Below are positions 37,378 to 50,721 of a DNA stretch of 64,000 nt, piece by piece; within the stretch, counting starts at the first letter, position 1; every line of letters begins with the position of its first letter. The position numbers were made by a program, and so were the translations under genes. The notes under the pieces were generated by a model. That model made no database searches. It was not told the DNA's origin and worked only from the letters and a program-made list of their open reading frames with translations. The DNA is from Camelus dromedarius. Taxonomy: Eukaryota. Where the stretch lies: NCBI RefSeq assembly GCF_036321535.1, contig NC_087436.1, positions 7,440,001-7,504,000 of the forward strand, read 5' to 3'.

Positions 37378-37571
37378 GAAACAACCGTGGGGGTAGACTG
37401 TTGACAAAGGTGGAAATAATGATACTTACCTGATTTGACACAAGCATAGTAGATGGCCATCACTGTGACTTGCGTTTATTTATTCTAGGCGCCCCCAGAA
37501 TTGAGTTCTGATGCTCAGTCTTAGCCCACATATAGTTGTTAGTGTTTATTGATGCACATCCTACTGGATTC

Positions 37572-37626
37572 TTTTTTTTTTTTTTAACATTTTTTATTGA
37601 TTCTACCATTTTGAAATCCCAGTCTA
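37572..37626 (-). mobile_element. Mini-L1 3' fragment with internal deletion
   Basis: T tract + AACATTTTTTATTGA joined directly to TTCTACCATTTTGAAATCCCAGTCTA. ATTCTT on both flanks. Confidence 0.7.
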
Positions 37627-38849
37627 TTCTTATACTGAACACGCAGCTCACTTTGAATTTTACTCTGTAACAAATACCAAATAAACGTTGACCCAGGGAG
37701 CATATGACAAAGAAATTGTTTCACGGGCTGTCATGGACAAAAGCAATTCAGAAAAGATGTGGAACGCACAAGCAGGGTTGTCGTCTAGGGAGTCTGGACT
37801 TGCGGAATGCATCACTCATTTGTCAAGTCTTATTTCGTTAGTGTCAATCCACTTTTTTTTTTTCTCATCAGTACTGGGAGGAAAATGCTGAGCAGGTTGT
37901 TGCAATTAGTTTTCTGTAAAAATAATGACTTGTATTCCTGGGAATCTTAATGTCACCTGGTTATTTACCTTCCGTGGCTTCTGGTTCACAGGCAGCTGAA
38001 GCCTGCTTTGGACTTAGTGGACATCTATTTTAGTGTGACGGTCTCCACCCCTGAAGTAAAAATCCTTTCCAGGGATGCTGCCTCACCTAAGCTGTGAAAT
38101 CACTTTTCTGCTGGATGAACTCAGATACCTTGAAAAGGCTCTCTCTTTTGCTCACAGTTTAAAACTCATTTCTTTTCTATTAATCTTAATATATTTTACA
38201 GTTCCTTAGGCTACAGAATAGGAATGAGTGTGAGAAAAAACACTGCTAATCTCAAAGTCTTCTTTTCTGAGGACTGGAAAATTAGGTTTGACCTTTTTTT
38301 TTTTCCCCCAGCAGACTGTCATGGAATAGACAGGGCATGTTATGGATTTGAGAAATAAAAGATCACATCAAGAAGGCTGGGACCAAAGACCCTTTACATA
38401 TACTCCTGGAAAAGTAAGAAGTTCCCGCTTCTCAGCCATATTCACTTTAGGCAGAAGATTTAATTGGAGAAGAGCCTTTAATTTGATTGTCTGGTATTAT
38501 TTTTATTTTTAGTCAAGAAAGTAAATCAGAGAAGCTTTAGAATTACCAAAGTGATCTCATGGACATAATGAGGTTAACAAGCTAAAATTAGGCTCTTGGG
38601 CTCAGAAAAGAAGATAATTCACTTATGAAAAGAATTATTAATTAAATGGAAGTGTCTTCATCCAAATAGCACAATTTGCTCGTCAGAGATGAGAAGCAGA
38701 GAGGGGCCTGAGGAGAGAAGATGATGATAATGTAATGTCTGAGATGAAGAATCAGTGCTCATTTGAACACTCCCACCTGCTTCAGCAGGCTGGAGGGGCT
38801 GGAGGAGGAGAGGTCCAACATTAGGAATTAGCTGTAAGAAAGACAGATA

Positions 38850-39087
38850 CAGGGCAGAGGGTGGGAAGGGATAGACTGGGATTTCAAAATTGTAGAATAG
38901 ATAAACAAGATTATACTGTATAGCACAGGGAAATATACACAAGATCTTATGGTAGCTCACAGAGAAAAAAATGTGACAATGAGTGTGTATATGTCCATGT
39001 ATGAAAAATTGTGCTGAACACTGGAATTTGACACAACATTGTAACATGATTATAAATCAATAAAAAGTGTTAAAAAAAAAAAAAACC
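38850..39087 (+). mobile_element. 5'-truncated young LINE-1 3'UTR
   Basis: Near-identical to 37060-37290. A tail. Perfect TSD AAGAAAGACAGATA at 38836-38849 and 39088-39101. Confidence 0.95.
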
Positions 39088-39139
39088 AAGAAAGACAGAT
39101 AACACCGTTCTCCTGGTATATAGCCCACCCTGTGAATCT

Positions 39140-39597
39140 GTGTGTGCTCCTTTCTTAGGACTGCCATGGCAGATGATCACAAACTCGGTGGTCTGCAACA
39201 ACAGGAATTTGTTCTGGAGGCTAGAAGTCCGAAATCAAGAGGTTGGCAGGACACTGTTAGTCTCTAAACGCTCTCAGGAGAGGTGTTTCCTTCTGGTGAG
39301 TACCAACTGCCTTTTCTTGGCTGGCAGCTGCATCATTGTAATCTCTGCATCCGAAGTCACTTGGAGTTCTCTGTCTCCATCTCTGTCTCTGTCTTCCCTC
39401 TTTTTCTCACTGTGTGCCTGCTTTCTGTTCCTATGAGGACAGCAGTCATTGGGTTAGGGCACACCCCATTCCAGTATGACCTCATCTTAATTCAACTAAT
39501 TACATCTTCAAAGACTCTATTTCCAAATAAGGTCACATTCCGAGGTTACTAGTGGATGTGAGTTTTTTTGGTGGGGACCAGTACACAACCCAGTACA
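39140..39597. mobile_element. MaLR LTR (MLT1A-C-like)
   Basis: GTTCTGGAGGCTAGAAGTCCGAAATCAAG..CCAGTATGACCTCATCTTAA..CTATTTCCAAATAAGGTCACATTC..CAACCCAGTACA. Confidence 0.8.
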
Positions 39598-39930
39598 CAG
39601 TGTAAAAAAAGTATCTCTGAGACATCTCTTCAAATCAAGACATTTCTTTGTGGTAAATGAAGAGATACTGACTTCTTGCCCTTTCTTCTTGGACACATGT
39701 TATAATAATTTAAAAAGAACATACAATCTGTAACCCTCTATGCATATTTGAGTTTCCTGATTAAAACTAAAGAGACATCTAGGGTAAAGCTCTTTAAACC
39801 TCGGTTCAATTTATTGTGTTTAATAATTCACTTGGAAATGAGACTGAGAATAATTAGTTCCTAGAAAATTGAAGGTATATTCTTTGAGCTTGAATTTGTG
39901 CTTAACTTTTAATACCAATGGGGCAATATA

Positions 39931-40626
39931 TACACACACACACACGTATATATATACACACACACACATACATACACACACACATATATGCACACACATG
40001 TGTATATATACACACACACGTATATATATATGTATTTAAACTGAAGTATAGCTGATTTATGCTTCACGTCTACAGCAAAGTGATTCAGTTGTATATACTT
40101 ATATATGTATATACTTTTTCAGATTTTTTTCTAGTGTAGGTTATTAAAGGATATTGAATATATTTCCCTGTGCTGTACAGTGGGTCCTTGTTGTTTATCT
40201 ATTTTACATATAGTAGTGTGTATCTGAAAATCCCAAATTCTCAATTTATCTCTCCCCAACTCCTTAACCCCTGGTAACCATAAGTTTGTTTTCTATGTCT
40301 GTGAGTCTCTTTCTGTTCTGTAAATAAGTTTGCTTTTATCCTTTTTTTTTAGATTCTACATATAAGTGATATGATATTTGTCTTTCTCTCTCTGACTTAC
40401 TTCACTTAGTATGATAATCTTTAGGTCCATCCATGTTGCCGCAAGTGGCATTATTTATTTCTTTTTTATGGCTGAGTAATATTCCATTGCATATATTCAT
40501 ATATACACATCTTGATCTATTCATACGTTGATGGACATTTAGGCTGTTCCCATGTCTTGGCTATTGTAAATAGTGCTGCTATGAACATTGGGGTGCATAT
40601 AGAGTTTTCACATTTTCTGGACATAA
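39931..40626 (-). mobile_element. LINE-1 3' end with (CA/TA)n microsatellite tail
   Basis: Antisense L1 3'UTR/ORF2 end. Microsatellite 39927-40035. TSD GGGCAAT(A/G)TA at 39921-39930 and 40627-40636. Confidence 0.85.
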
Positions 40627-40636
40627 GGGCAATGTA

Positions 40637-43600
40637 GTTTTTAGATCTATTGTAAAGTTGCAAATACAGTATAGAGAGTTTTCTTACATTCTGCATCTTG
40701 TTTCTCTTACTGTTAACATCTTACCTTGGTCTGAAACATTTGTTATAATCAGTGAACTGATATTCATGCATTATAGGATTGTACTTTTACATTTTCTTTA
40801 GTTTTTTTCTTTTGCTGTCCCAAGATCCAATCCAAGATAACAGGTTAACATTTAGTAGTTATATTTCCATGGAATACTTTTTTGCTGTGACCATTTCTCA
40901 GACTTTCCTTGTTTTCAGTGACCTTGACAATTTTTCAAGTACTGGACAGATATTTTGTAGAATGGCTTTCAGTTGGGTTTGTCTACCTTTTTTCTATTTT
41001 CCATGAATAGACGGGGGACATGTGTTTTGGGAGAAAGGTCACAGGGATAAATGACATTTTTATCAAATCACACCAAGGATACATATTCCCAGCATGACTT
41101 ATCACTGCCGATGCTAGCCATCATCACTTAGCTCAGATGCAGTTTGTCAGGTTTCTCTGACTTAGGTGAGCATTTTGCCCCCTTTCTATACTGTATTCTT
41201 TGCAAGGAAGTCCCTATGCTCAACCACACACTTAAGGACCAGGGAGTGGTGCTCCACCACCTTGAGGGGGCAGTGTCTACATAAATCATTCAGAATTCTT
41301 TCTGTGTTGGACTTTTGTCTGTTCCCACCCATTTATGTATTTGTTCAACTTTTGTCTATTCCCGCCCATTTATGTATTTGTTCAATCACCTATTTCGATG
41401 ACTAGGGGCTTATGGTATTTATTTCAGTCTTTGAGTTACAATCCAAAATGTTATCTGTTTTGCTGCTAGAATTGTTCTAGCCCTGGGAGCTTTTTCATTT
41501 GGCTCCCATGCCCCTTTTACAAGCCCTGTTCATTGTGTGTGCATGTGTGTGTGTGTTTAATATAGCTTTTCATTACTTTCTGGATGAATGATGCCCTGGG
41601 CTCCCATTGTATATTCATTCCCCAGGCCTAGAATTAACTGTTTCTTCAAGGGTTCCTGATTCTGTGCTGGGTGTGCTTTTGGCATTTAAACCCTCCCAGG
41701 CAATAGGTTTCTCTAAGTATTTCTGTCTCTCTCCATCTCTAGGAAATTAAACATGAGTCCCTGTTAATGGCACCAGCTCCAATCCATGACCACGTGGATC
41801 CTTCTGGCCTTCTCCCCTTGCTTATCTGTAAACTCCCCTCCAGCTCTGAGACTCCTGCCTCTACCATCTACAATCCATTCACTTATTTGCTCCATCCTGG
41901 CCTCTGTTTGGGTTTAAGGTTGTTACCCTGCACTCCTGTAAGAAACAGGCTTACCTACAGGAGTCCAGTGCGGGCTTACAGTTTCTTTTTTCCTACAATC
42001 TTACAGTCTCCACTCATTTCCAAAGTTACTTACATGAGAACATTTGCCCCTGCTCTCCCCAATGAAGTTAGGTCATACGTTTGTAATATGGTTGGTTTAG
42101 ATTCTCTTGCCATGGTTTGTGTTCTATCTTGGAATCCCCAACTGCCTTGATTTTTTGTTTGTTTATTTGTGTATATTAAGATTAACTTCTTGTGATGAAA
42201 AATTCTATGGGTTTTGACCAATTCATAGCATCTTGGGTCTAACACTATAGTACCATACAAAATACAGCACTAAAAATTCCTTTGTGCTTTACCTAATCCA
42301 TCCCCTGACAACCACTGGTCTGTTTCCCTTCTCTATAGTCTGTTCTTCAGAATGTTATATAAATGGAATTATAAAGGATGCTGCCTCTTCAGACTAGCTT
42401 CTCTCACTTAGCCATGTGTACTTAAAATTCATCCACATTGTTCTGTGGGTTGATGTTCATCCATTTGTATCACTGAGTAGCATTATGTGACGATACCATG
42501 GTGTGTTCATTTATTCAACTATTAAAATACATCTCAGTTAATCCAGTTTTTGATGGTGATGGTGGATAAAACTGATTCATTATTCACTTATGTGCAGGTT
42601 TTCTGTGTGGATGTGAGTTTTGAAATCAGTTGGCAAACACTGAAGTTGATCACCAGTCAGGTTACGTCTTGCTTTAGGAGAAACTGCCAAAATATCTTTC
42701 AAAGTGGTTATAACATTTTGCATTCCCCCCAGCGACGAATGGGAGGTCCTGTTGCTGCACATACTCATCAATGGATACTGTTGGATTTTGGGTTTAAACC
42801 ATTCCAGGAGGTGTGGAGTGGAATGCCATTGCCATTTAATTTGCATTTCCTTAACGGTAAATATGTTAGGATACTTTCATATGCTTGTTTACTGTCTGTA
42901 TTTTTTGGTGAGTTGTTTGTTTTTTGTTATTATTATTGAGGTTTAAGAGGTTTTATTATTATGTAATTTTGTATATTTTGTGTACAAGTCATTTATCTGA
43001 AAAGTTATTTGCCAATATTTTTCAGTCTGTGATTTCTCTTTTCATTCTCTTAACAGTGTTCTTTGCAGAGCAATTTTTTAAAAAAATAAAATTCCAGCTT
43101 ACACATTTTTTCTTTCAGGGACTGTGCTTTCGGTGTTGAAATGTGTCTAAACTCATCACCAAACTGCAGGTCATTCAGATTTTATCTCTTTTCTTCTAGA
43201 AGTTTTATAACTTTGCATTTTACTAGGTCAGTGGTATATTTTGAGTTAATATTAGTGTAAAATGTGTGGTCTGTGTCTGGTTTTTTCTTATTTTTTCTTT
43301 CTTTCTGTCTTAAAAACTACAGACTGACAATTATTTCAGCTGCATTTATGGTGAAGAGTCTTCTTGTATTATATCCATTATATGCCTTTTTGCTTTTGTC
43401 AAAAATCAGTTGACTTTATCCATGTGGGGCTATCTCTAAGCTCTATGTTTTATTCCACTGCAGTACGTGTCTTGGTTACTGTAGCTTTGTAGTAAATCTT
43501 CATGCTGCAGTAATCAATGTAGTGTGAGTCCTCCCACTTTGTTTTTCTTTTTCAGTATTGCATTTGCTTTTCTAGCATATAAATGTTGGAATCAGTTTGT

Positions 43601-45120
43601 TGTTATCACCAAAAAAGTTTGCTGGTACTTTGATGGGGTTGTATGAAATCTATATATCCATTTAGAAAAAGTTGACATCTTTACTATGTTGATTTTTCCA
43701 ATCCACAAACACAAAATATCTCTCCATTTACTTAGTTTTTCTTTGATGTCTTTCATCAATATTTTATCATTTTACCCTTTTGTGCAATTGTAAATTGTAT
43801 TTTAAAATTTAATATTCTAATTTTTCTTTACTGATATATAGGAAAGCAACTGACTTTTTAATATATTGGCCTTATATCCAGCTACCATGCTAAATTCACT
43901 AATTGTTCCAGAAGTTTTTTGTTGGCTACTTATTCTGTTGGCTATTTTTAGGGCTATCTACACAGACAGTCATGTCATCTGTGATTAAAGACTTTTATTC
44001 TTTCCTTTAAATTTTGTATACCTGTATTTTTCTCTTTCCTGTCTTATTGAATTAACTAGGACATCAGGTACAATGTTGAATAGGAACAAAGAAAGAGGAT
44101 ATCCTTGCCTTATTTCTGATCTCATGTGGAAAGCATTAGTTTCTCCCCACTAAATATGTTATCTACAAATTTTATATATATATGCATATATATACACATA
44201 TATATTCTTTATTAAGTAAAGGATATTCCTTTATGCTCCTAGTTTTCTTTTAAAGTTTTTTTTTAAGTGATTAATTTTTTCCAAATGGTTTTCTGCAATT
44301 ATTGGTATGATCATATATTTTTTCTTATTCGGAGTATAATGTGAGGCCACATCAGTTGATTTACGGATGCCAAGTCAGCCTTGCATTCTTGGTCATGATG
44401 TATTACCCTGTTTAACTTTGCTGGATTTAATTTGCTAACATATTATTAAGAGCTTTTTGTCTCTGTTCATGGGGGATATTGGTCCTTTGTAATATCTTTG
44501 CTTTGATATTAGAGTCATGTGGGGCTCATAAAATGAGTTGAGAAGTATTTCTTCTTTTATTTCCTGGAAGAGATTGTGGAAAATTGGTATTATTTCTTCA
44601 TAAAATATTTGGTAGAGTTAGTCACCATCTGGCCCTGGTGAGTTCTTTCTGTAAGAATATAAAATATTAATTCAATTTCTTTATTAGATGTGGGGATATT
44701 TATTCATTTCTTCTTGACTGTATTTTGGCAGTTTGAATGTTTGGTTCAGTTTATCAGAGCTGTCTAACTTGTGGGCATAGACTTGTTCACAGGATTTCCT
44801 TATTAACCTTTTAATGTGCACTGGGTCAGTATTGATAACTTCCCTTCTTTAGTTGCCAATATTGGTAATACATGTCTTCTTTCCTTCTCTGTCTCTCTCT
44901 GTCTTTTGTTTTTGTTTAGCCCACAAAGAGGTAACAATTTTTTTGGTCTTTTCAAAGAACCAGCTTTTGGATTCATTAATTGAGATTTTTTTTTTCCTAC
45001 TTTTCTGCTGTTTTCAATTCCATTGATTTTTGTTGTTGCTATTCTAATTTTTCATGATTTCCTTCCTTCTGAGTGTTTTAGCTCTTTGTTCTGTAGTTTC
45101 CTAGAGTGGGTGCTTAGGCT
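40637..45120 (-). mobile_element. Old LINE-1 (L1MC/L1MD-like), long 3'UTR and degraded ORF2
   Basis: T-rich antisense L1 motifs throughout (CCAAGATCCAATCCAAGATAAC; CTTGGTTACTGTAGCTTTGTAGTAAATCTT; GGTCTTTTCAAAGAACCAGCTTTTGG). Confidence 0.85.
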
Positions 45121-45388
45121 ATTGTGGCCAATGTACTTAATGCAAAATCAAGTTTCATGATGAGATATTTGGTAGATTGCTCTGAGAGACACCTGGAATT
45201 TGACCTTGTTTTTGCAAGGTTAGAAGGAATAGCAGTCATCAGCTGCCTTTGAAATTTCCGCCTTGGGTAATAGGCCAACACTGATCACATTGTTATTGAA
45301 GGTAGATGAAGAAAATAAAGGACTAAGAACAGAGTAAAGATTTATATAGTCAGATATAAGGTCAGTATGTTTTCAAAAGTATGGATGT

Positions 45389-46120
45389 ATGACTGGATAA
45401 AGAAGATGTGGTACACACACACATATACATACACATACACAATGGAATACACACACACATACAGATACACATACACAATGGAATACACACACACATACAC
45501 ATACATAATGGAATACACACACACAAACATACACATACACAATGGAATACACACACACATACACATACACAATGGAATACACACACACACACATACACAG
45601 TGGAATACACACACACACACACACACATACACAATGGAATACTACTCAGCCAATAAAAAGAATAAAATAATGCCATTTACAATAATACGATGGACCTGGG
45701 GATTGTCATTCTAAGTGAAATAAGCCAGGAAGAGAAAAAAATACTATATGATATCACTTATATGTGGAATCTAAGAAATCTGACACAAATTAATTTATTT
45801 ACAAAACAGAAACAGATTCCCAGACATAGAGAGCAACCTTATGGTTACCAAGGGGGAAAGAAGGTAGGGAGGGATACATTAGGAGTTTGGGATTTGCATG
45901 TACTAACTACTATATATAAAATAGATAAACAACAACGTCCTACTGTATAGCACAGGGAACTATGTTTAATATCTTGCAGTAGCTTATAATGAAAAAGAAT
46001 ATGAAAATGAATATATATATATATAACTGAATTACTCTGCTGTACACCAGAAATTAACACAACATTGTAAATTGACTATACTTCAATTAAAACACATACA
46101 CATATACACAAAATAAAAAA
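45389..46120 (+). mobile_element. 5'-truncated LINE-1 3' end carrying an internal minisatellite
   Basis: ATGACTGGATAAAGAAGATGTGG..GGAATACTACTCAGCC..GTGGAATCTAAG..ACATTGTAAATTGACTATACTTCAAT. Confidence 0.9.
45409..45642 (+). repeat. Minisatellite: 7 TGGAATAC anchors separated by CA/TA-rich spacers (28-36 bp period)
   Basis: TGGAA at ~45443, 45479, 45509, 45543, 45573, 45601, 45635. Confidence 0.92.
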
Positions 46121-47059
46121 TATATATGTGTATGTGCTATTTTTTCAGAAAGATTTTTTAATTTTCACTAAACTATGAATTATAAATATTTTTGTGATAA
46201 TATGTCTTTCTATAACCTCATTTATTGGTGGCATCATCTTTCATTGATGTATCTATACCATGTTATGTTACTGAATTTTCATTATAATGTTGTTTGCAAT
46301 GTTTTACAATGATAAATAACACCTTGGTGGGCATTCTTACAGTTTCATTGTTGTGTACATTTCAAATTATCTTATATGATAAAAGGTTAGAAACTGAATC
46401 GCTGGAGAAAGCATGTGCATATGAATAAAGCGTGTGATAAACAAAACCAAAAAAGAAAAAAAACACCCAAAGCAAAAAAATAAATAAAGGAAAATTCAAT
46501 TTCTTACCCTTTTGTGAGAATATGGGTTCTGCTTATGATTTCCACACGTTCCTGCTGACATGACAACCCCGGGATGGTATCAGAGTTATCTAGTGAACTC
46601 AGGATTTCAGACCACACAGAGGATAATGAGTTAGAATCCTCAGTGAGCCATCAACTCCCAGCCATCTGAACTGAGCAGAAAAAGACCCAACAGAAGCAAC
46701 ATTGTCCACAGCTGCCATCATTTTGCTATCGCAGGCTGATTTACAGGACCATGTGGCAGTTTCATACACTTATCTGGGTGTCGAATAGAATAAAGTTTAA
46801 AGACTGATTAATACAATAGTTCTGATGTCTCCTGAGGGGCTTGTTGCCGAGATGTTATCCATGCAGGCTCCTCGCTCCAGCTGAACAGAGGATGCCAGCG
46901 TTCCCTGTGATGTCCATCATCTACTTCGGAAAACATCAACTTTCTGAGAAGAGTGTACACATTTCTGCTGTTTACTTTGAAGGAGCATGCCTCTAGACAA
47001 ATGTCTATGATTTCTTTGTCTTGAGGCACAAATCATTTTATTTATTATTCATCACTTAT

Positions 47060-47630
47060 TTAATGATTATTTCATGGTTTATTTAATTCATTATTTACTT
47101 AAAAATATTGTTTACTCTGTATTAGGCACTGTTCTAGACCTCGCCCTCCTCAGGCCCTACTTTTTAGAGCCAGAGACATTGAAAAAAACAAGTAAATATG
47201 TAATATGATTGTGTTTAGCGATTGACACTAAGAAGATAAAAGCAGATTATGTGACTAGGTTAGATGTGATTGTGTGTGTGTGTGAGTGTATGTGTTCGGC
47301 AGGATGTCTAGAAAGGGTATTTGGGGGAAGCGATGTTTAATCAGAGACTTGGATGAACTAAAGGAATGAGCATTGTAAAGCTCTAAGGATAAAGGGTTCT
47401 AGGCGGTGGGGATAGCAAATGCAAAAGACCTAAGTAAGAATAAACACGGCGTCTCAGAGGGGCTGCTCCAGGGGACCTAGAGCAGAGCTGGGGATGGAGT
47501 GGTGGTCGGAAATGCAGGCAGGGGACAGAGCATGTAGTGCCTTTGAGACCACGTGGAATTTAGATGCAACATGGTGGGGAGTGTTTCCATCAGGGGAGTG
47601 AATGATTACTCTGGCAGCTGTGAAGAAAAT
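47060..47630 (+). mobile_element. L2 fragment
   Basis: TTCATTATTTACT..TATTAGGCACTGTTCTAGAC..GAGACTTGGATGA..GGGTTCTAGGCGGTGGGGATAGCAAATGCAAAAGACC..GATTACTCTGGCAGCTGTG. Confidence 0.7.
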
Positions 47631-48879
47631 CACTATTGACAAATTTGCTCGGCTCTGGATAAACAAGACACTGATATGTGGCATTTTGCTTGGATTTCAG
47701 AATGACTTGAACAGATACGGTGTTAAAAATAACGGTGGAGAAGTCCTGCTTTTCTTTAATATGGTGTTTTTAATGAACGCTGCGGGCTGAGATTCAGTGT
47801 GCTGGCATTAGAACCATCAAAGGGGCGGACAGGATTATTGCAGAGAATGACCAGTGATTTCAGTCTTACCTGGGTGGTTCTGAGATAATAATATAAGAAC
47901 GAATAGCCAGGACTGAAAATCAGCTCATACTGAAAAGCAATTGTGCCCTTGTGTCTGGAGAGAGTTAGTGTATCTCCAAGAACATTTGCAAACAGGTGGC
48001 CACTTGGAAACTAAGACAATGGAGTACCTTGAGTCCCAGTTTTGAGACTGAGACAAGCTTCCTGGACCTGCATCTTGGATATCTCATCTACCGGTCAATC
48101 TTTGAGCTATTGTCTCGGCAGCATGGAAACATTAATGTTGTCCATTCCTGGAACGAGAAATAATCCCACTGCTAATTAAAAGAGCACCATGTAGATATTT
48201 GAAGCTTTATAACTGTTTTAAGGTAGGGAGATAAAGGTTGGTTTCTGCAAAACTGGGTGATGATGGACGGTTACTGGGCTCTAAACCTGAAGCACTTGGG
48301 AGAACTATAACCCATCATTCATCCATCCTTCATCCCACCAGGCAAATCTTCTGTATCAAAAATTCATCAGATTCAATGCTCACTGTCAGGAGAAACTAAA
48401 TGTGTAACAAGTAGGTCCTAAAAGAATATAATTTGGTCCTGTGCTTCTTTCCAGGGTGCAATCTGGCTTACTCTCCTTTAATGTATGAATCTGCTACGGT
48501 TCTGCTCATGTTTTGTTTTGTTTTAAAATCTCTGAATTTTTCTGCCATCCCTACCACAGTGTTTCCCTTTAATTATTTATTTTTGTTTTGTTTCTCGGCG
48601 TTCTGGGCATTCAATAAATTGTGACTGTCTCGAGTAGTTGAACACTAATCTCACAGTCTATGAAAGTTTGGAAAGAGAATTTTTTTCTGTTTAATAACAT
48701 TAATGTTAGAGAGAGGACTCATTATGGAAAGTGTGGCAGTTCATTAATTTATGTAGTCTTTTTATTGATTCATTTGTTTGTTGTCTGACATTTAATAAAC
48801 GCCTGGTATGTATCCGGAGTAGTATTAGAGGACACGTTTATAAAGGTAAGTATTGCTCCTGTGCTAATGACTTCAAATC

Positions 48880-49260
48880 CTTGTCTTAAGCTCTGACTCT
48901 CCTTCTGAGCTCCTGACTGATACACAGAGCTCCCCACTCCCCGCCTTCACATCCATTTGTCACGCAGGTGGTTCAGACACAGCGTGTTCCTAAATTCCCA
49001 ATTTGGTTCGATTTGTGTGCCCTAATTCAGAAAGTACAATCACCATCTGCCTGATTGCCTAGACTGGAATTGGGAGAGTCACCCTACACTCCTCTACGAG
49101 TCCACAGTCCTGCGCCCAGGTCCAATTAATCACCGATATCCAAAGACGCTACCTGTACAGAATTCGTCTTTCAGGACTTCCCTGTCAGTTCCTTTGGTGC
49201 TGCTTTAGGTCAGGCATGACTTGTTTCTTAGCTCCACTCGCCTTTCTAACTGGTGGGTGT
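48880..49260 (-). mobile_element. L2 fragment
   Basis: CTCTGACTCTCCTTCTGAGCTCCTGACT..CACCATCTGCCTGATTGCCTAGACTGGAA..GTCACCCTACACTCCTC. Confidence 0.55.
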
Positions 49261-50706
49261 TTCGTGCTAGGAAAGCTAGTTATTTGCTAATAACTTATCA
49301 TTTTGAGATGATAACTCAGTAGAAGATCTCTGTGACTGAACAATTAAAAGTCTATTTAGGTTTTGATGTTTCATATAATGTAGGGTTTCCTCCACAAAAT
49401 GAATAATTACTACAAAATTGACATATATGCCTCCAGGGTTGTTTCAGCCTAAAAATGTTAGAGCTCTTAGTGTGATATTTAACCATTAAGGATCATTAAG
49501 ACGGTACAGCTTCCGAGAATAAGAGTCAAATTTTTCCCTTACACTGTGATCTTTGCCTTGTAATTTACATGTGTGACTCAGACTGAAATTTAAATGAAGC
49601 CTTTTTTGAAACCTTTGGCCCACCCCACTATCTCCCTTAAGCAAAGCTGCAGAATAGACCTAGCAGCCAGTTAGTCAGAAATGAATCAACACCCTCGTTC
49701 ACTTAACCCACTCGGTCAGTTGCCATTGCACAGAATAAATTCTTAACTTCTAGAATCTTCTAACTGTTTTAGTTCATGCCCTTTTTTTTTTTCCTGCAAG
49801 ATAGATTCAAATCTGCTTTATAGTTCCATTTATTTCTTTGTCCTGCTCTATTTTTGCTTTTCTAGGTCATAAATCCAGGAAAAGTTTCAAATGTCTTGGT
49901 CTTCACAATTCACGCGTGGTGGTAGATCGGATCTTTCAGCCTGGGCTGTAGCAATGTGTCAACTGAATGGGGGAAGGAAACCATAAACTTTGAACTGGAA
50001 GCCAAATGTACACAAATAAAAACTCTCTTATTTCTTCCGTAGTTCCATCTCTTACTAAGGAGCTTCTTTTATCATTGTCATGGATTTCGCTATGCTTCAG
50101 AAACATACTGCGGACTATTCAGTTGGAAAAACATGAAAAAAAAGAAGCTACTGAGAAAGTGCAGATATCAGTAGGCATCATTTTTTGTTAATTATCTTAT
50201 TTGTAGCTGACTTGTCATCTCTACCCTATTTTTCTATTGGATAGGCATGCTTTTTTGTTGCTGTTGTTTTTATAGACGTGGAGAAGATCAATGGATTAAT
50301 TGGTTGGGTGAATCAATAAGGTAGTAGAGAAGGCTTGTCTGTGACAGAAAGGAAAGCTGCCTGATTCTGAAAGCACAGCATTTCTGTTACCTATAAAGAA
50401 GAATTGTGGGTCTACAAATGACGAAGGGCCTCATCAGAATCGCCTGCCTCCTGTTTGATGTTGTAGGGAAAGTTGACAATAAGCGGAGTGGGCGTTTTCT
50501 CCTGCCTCCTTACTTTTCCTCAACTAAACATAATCCAAAACTCACAAATAAACCACGTGCAGTTCAGTGCCTTCAGTGACATCAGGAAACTGAACAGGCC
50601 CTCCGGCTCCGACTGCGACTTAGCCAGATGAGGAGAAGTCACCAACGAACACAAGTGACGTCTCAGAGGTGATGCTTGCTTTATGAGCTGCCATAGCGTG
50701 ATGCCA

Positions 50707-50721
50707 CCACAAGATGGCAGC
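50707..50721 (+). promoter_or_regulatory. Candidate CTCF site
   Basis: CCACAAGATGGCAGC closely fits the CTCF core CCASYAGRKGGCRSY. Motif match only. Confidence 0.45.

Noticed and set aside
45342..45714. Repeat-spacer pattern resembling a CRISPR array, and C/V/Y-rich ORFs
   Set aside because: Spacers are low-complexity CA/TA runs, the anchor is an L1 motif, the context is mammalian and no cas genes are present.
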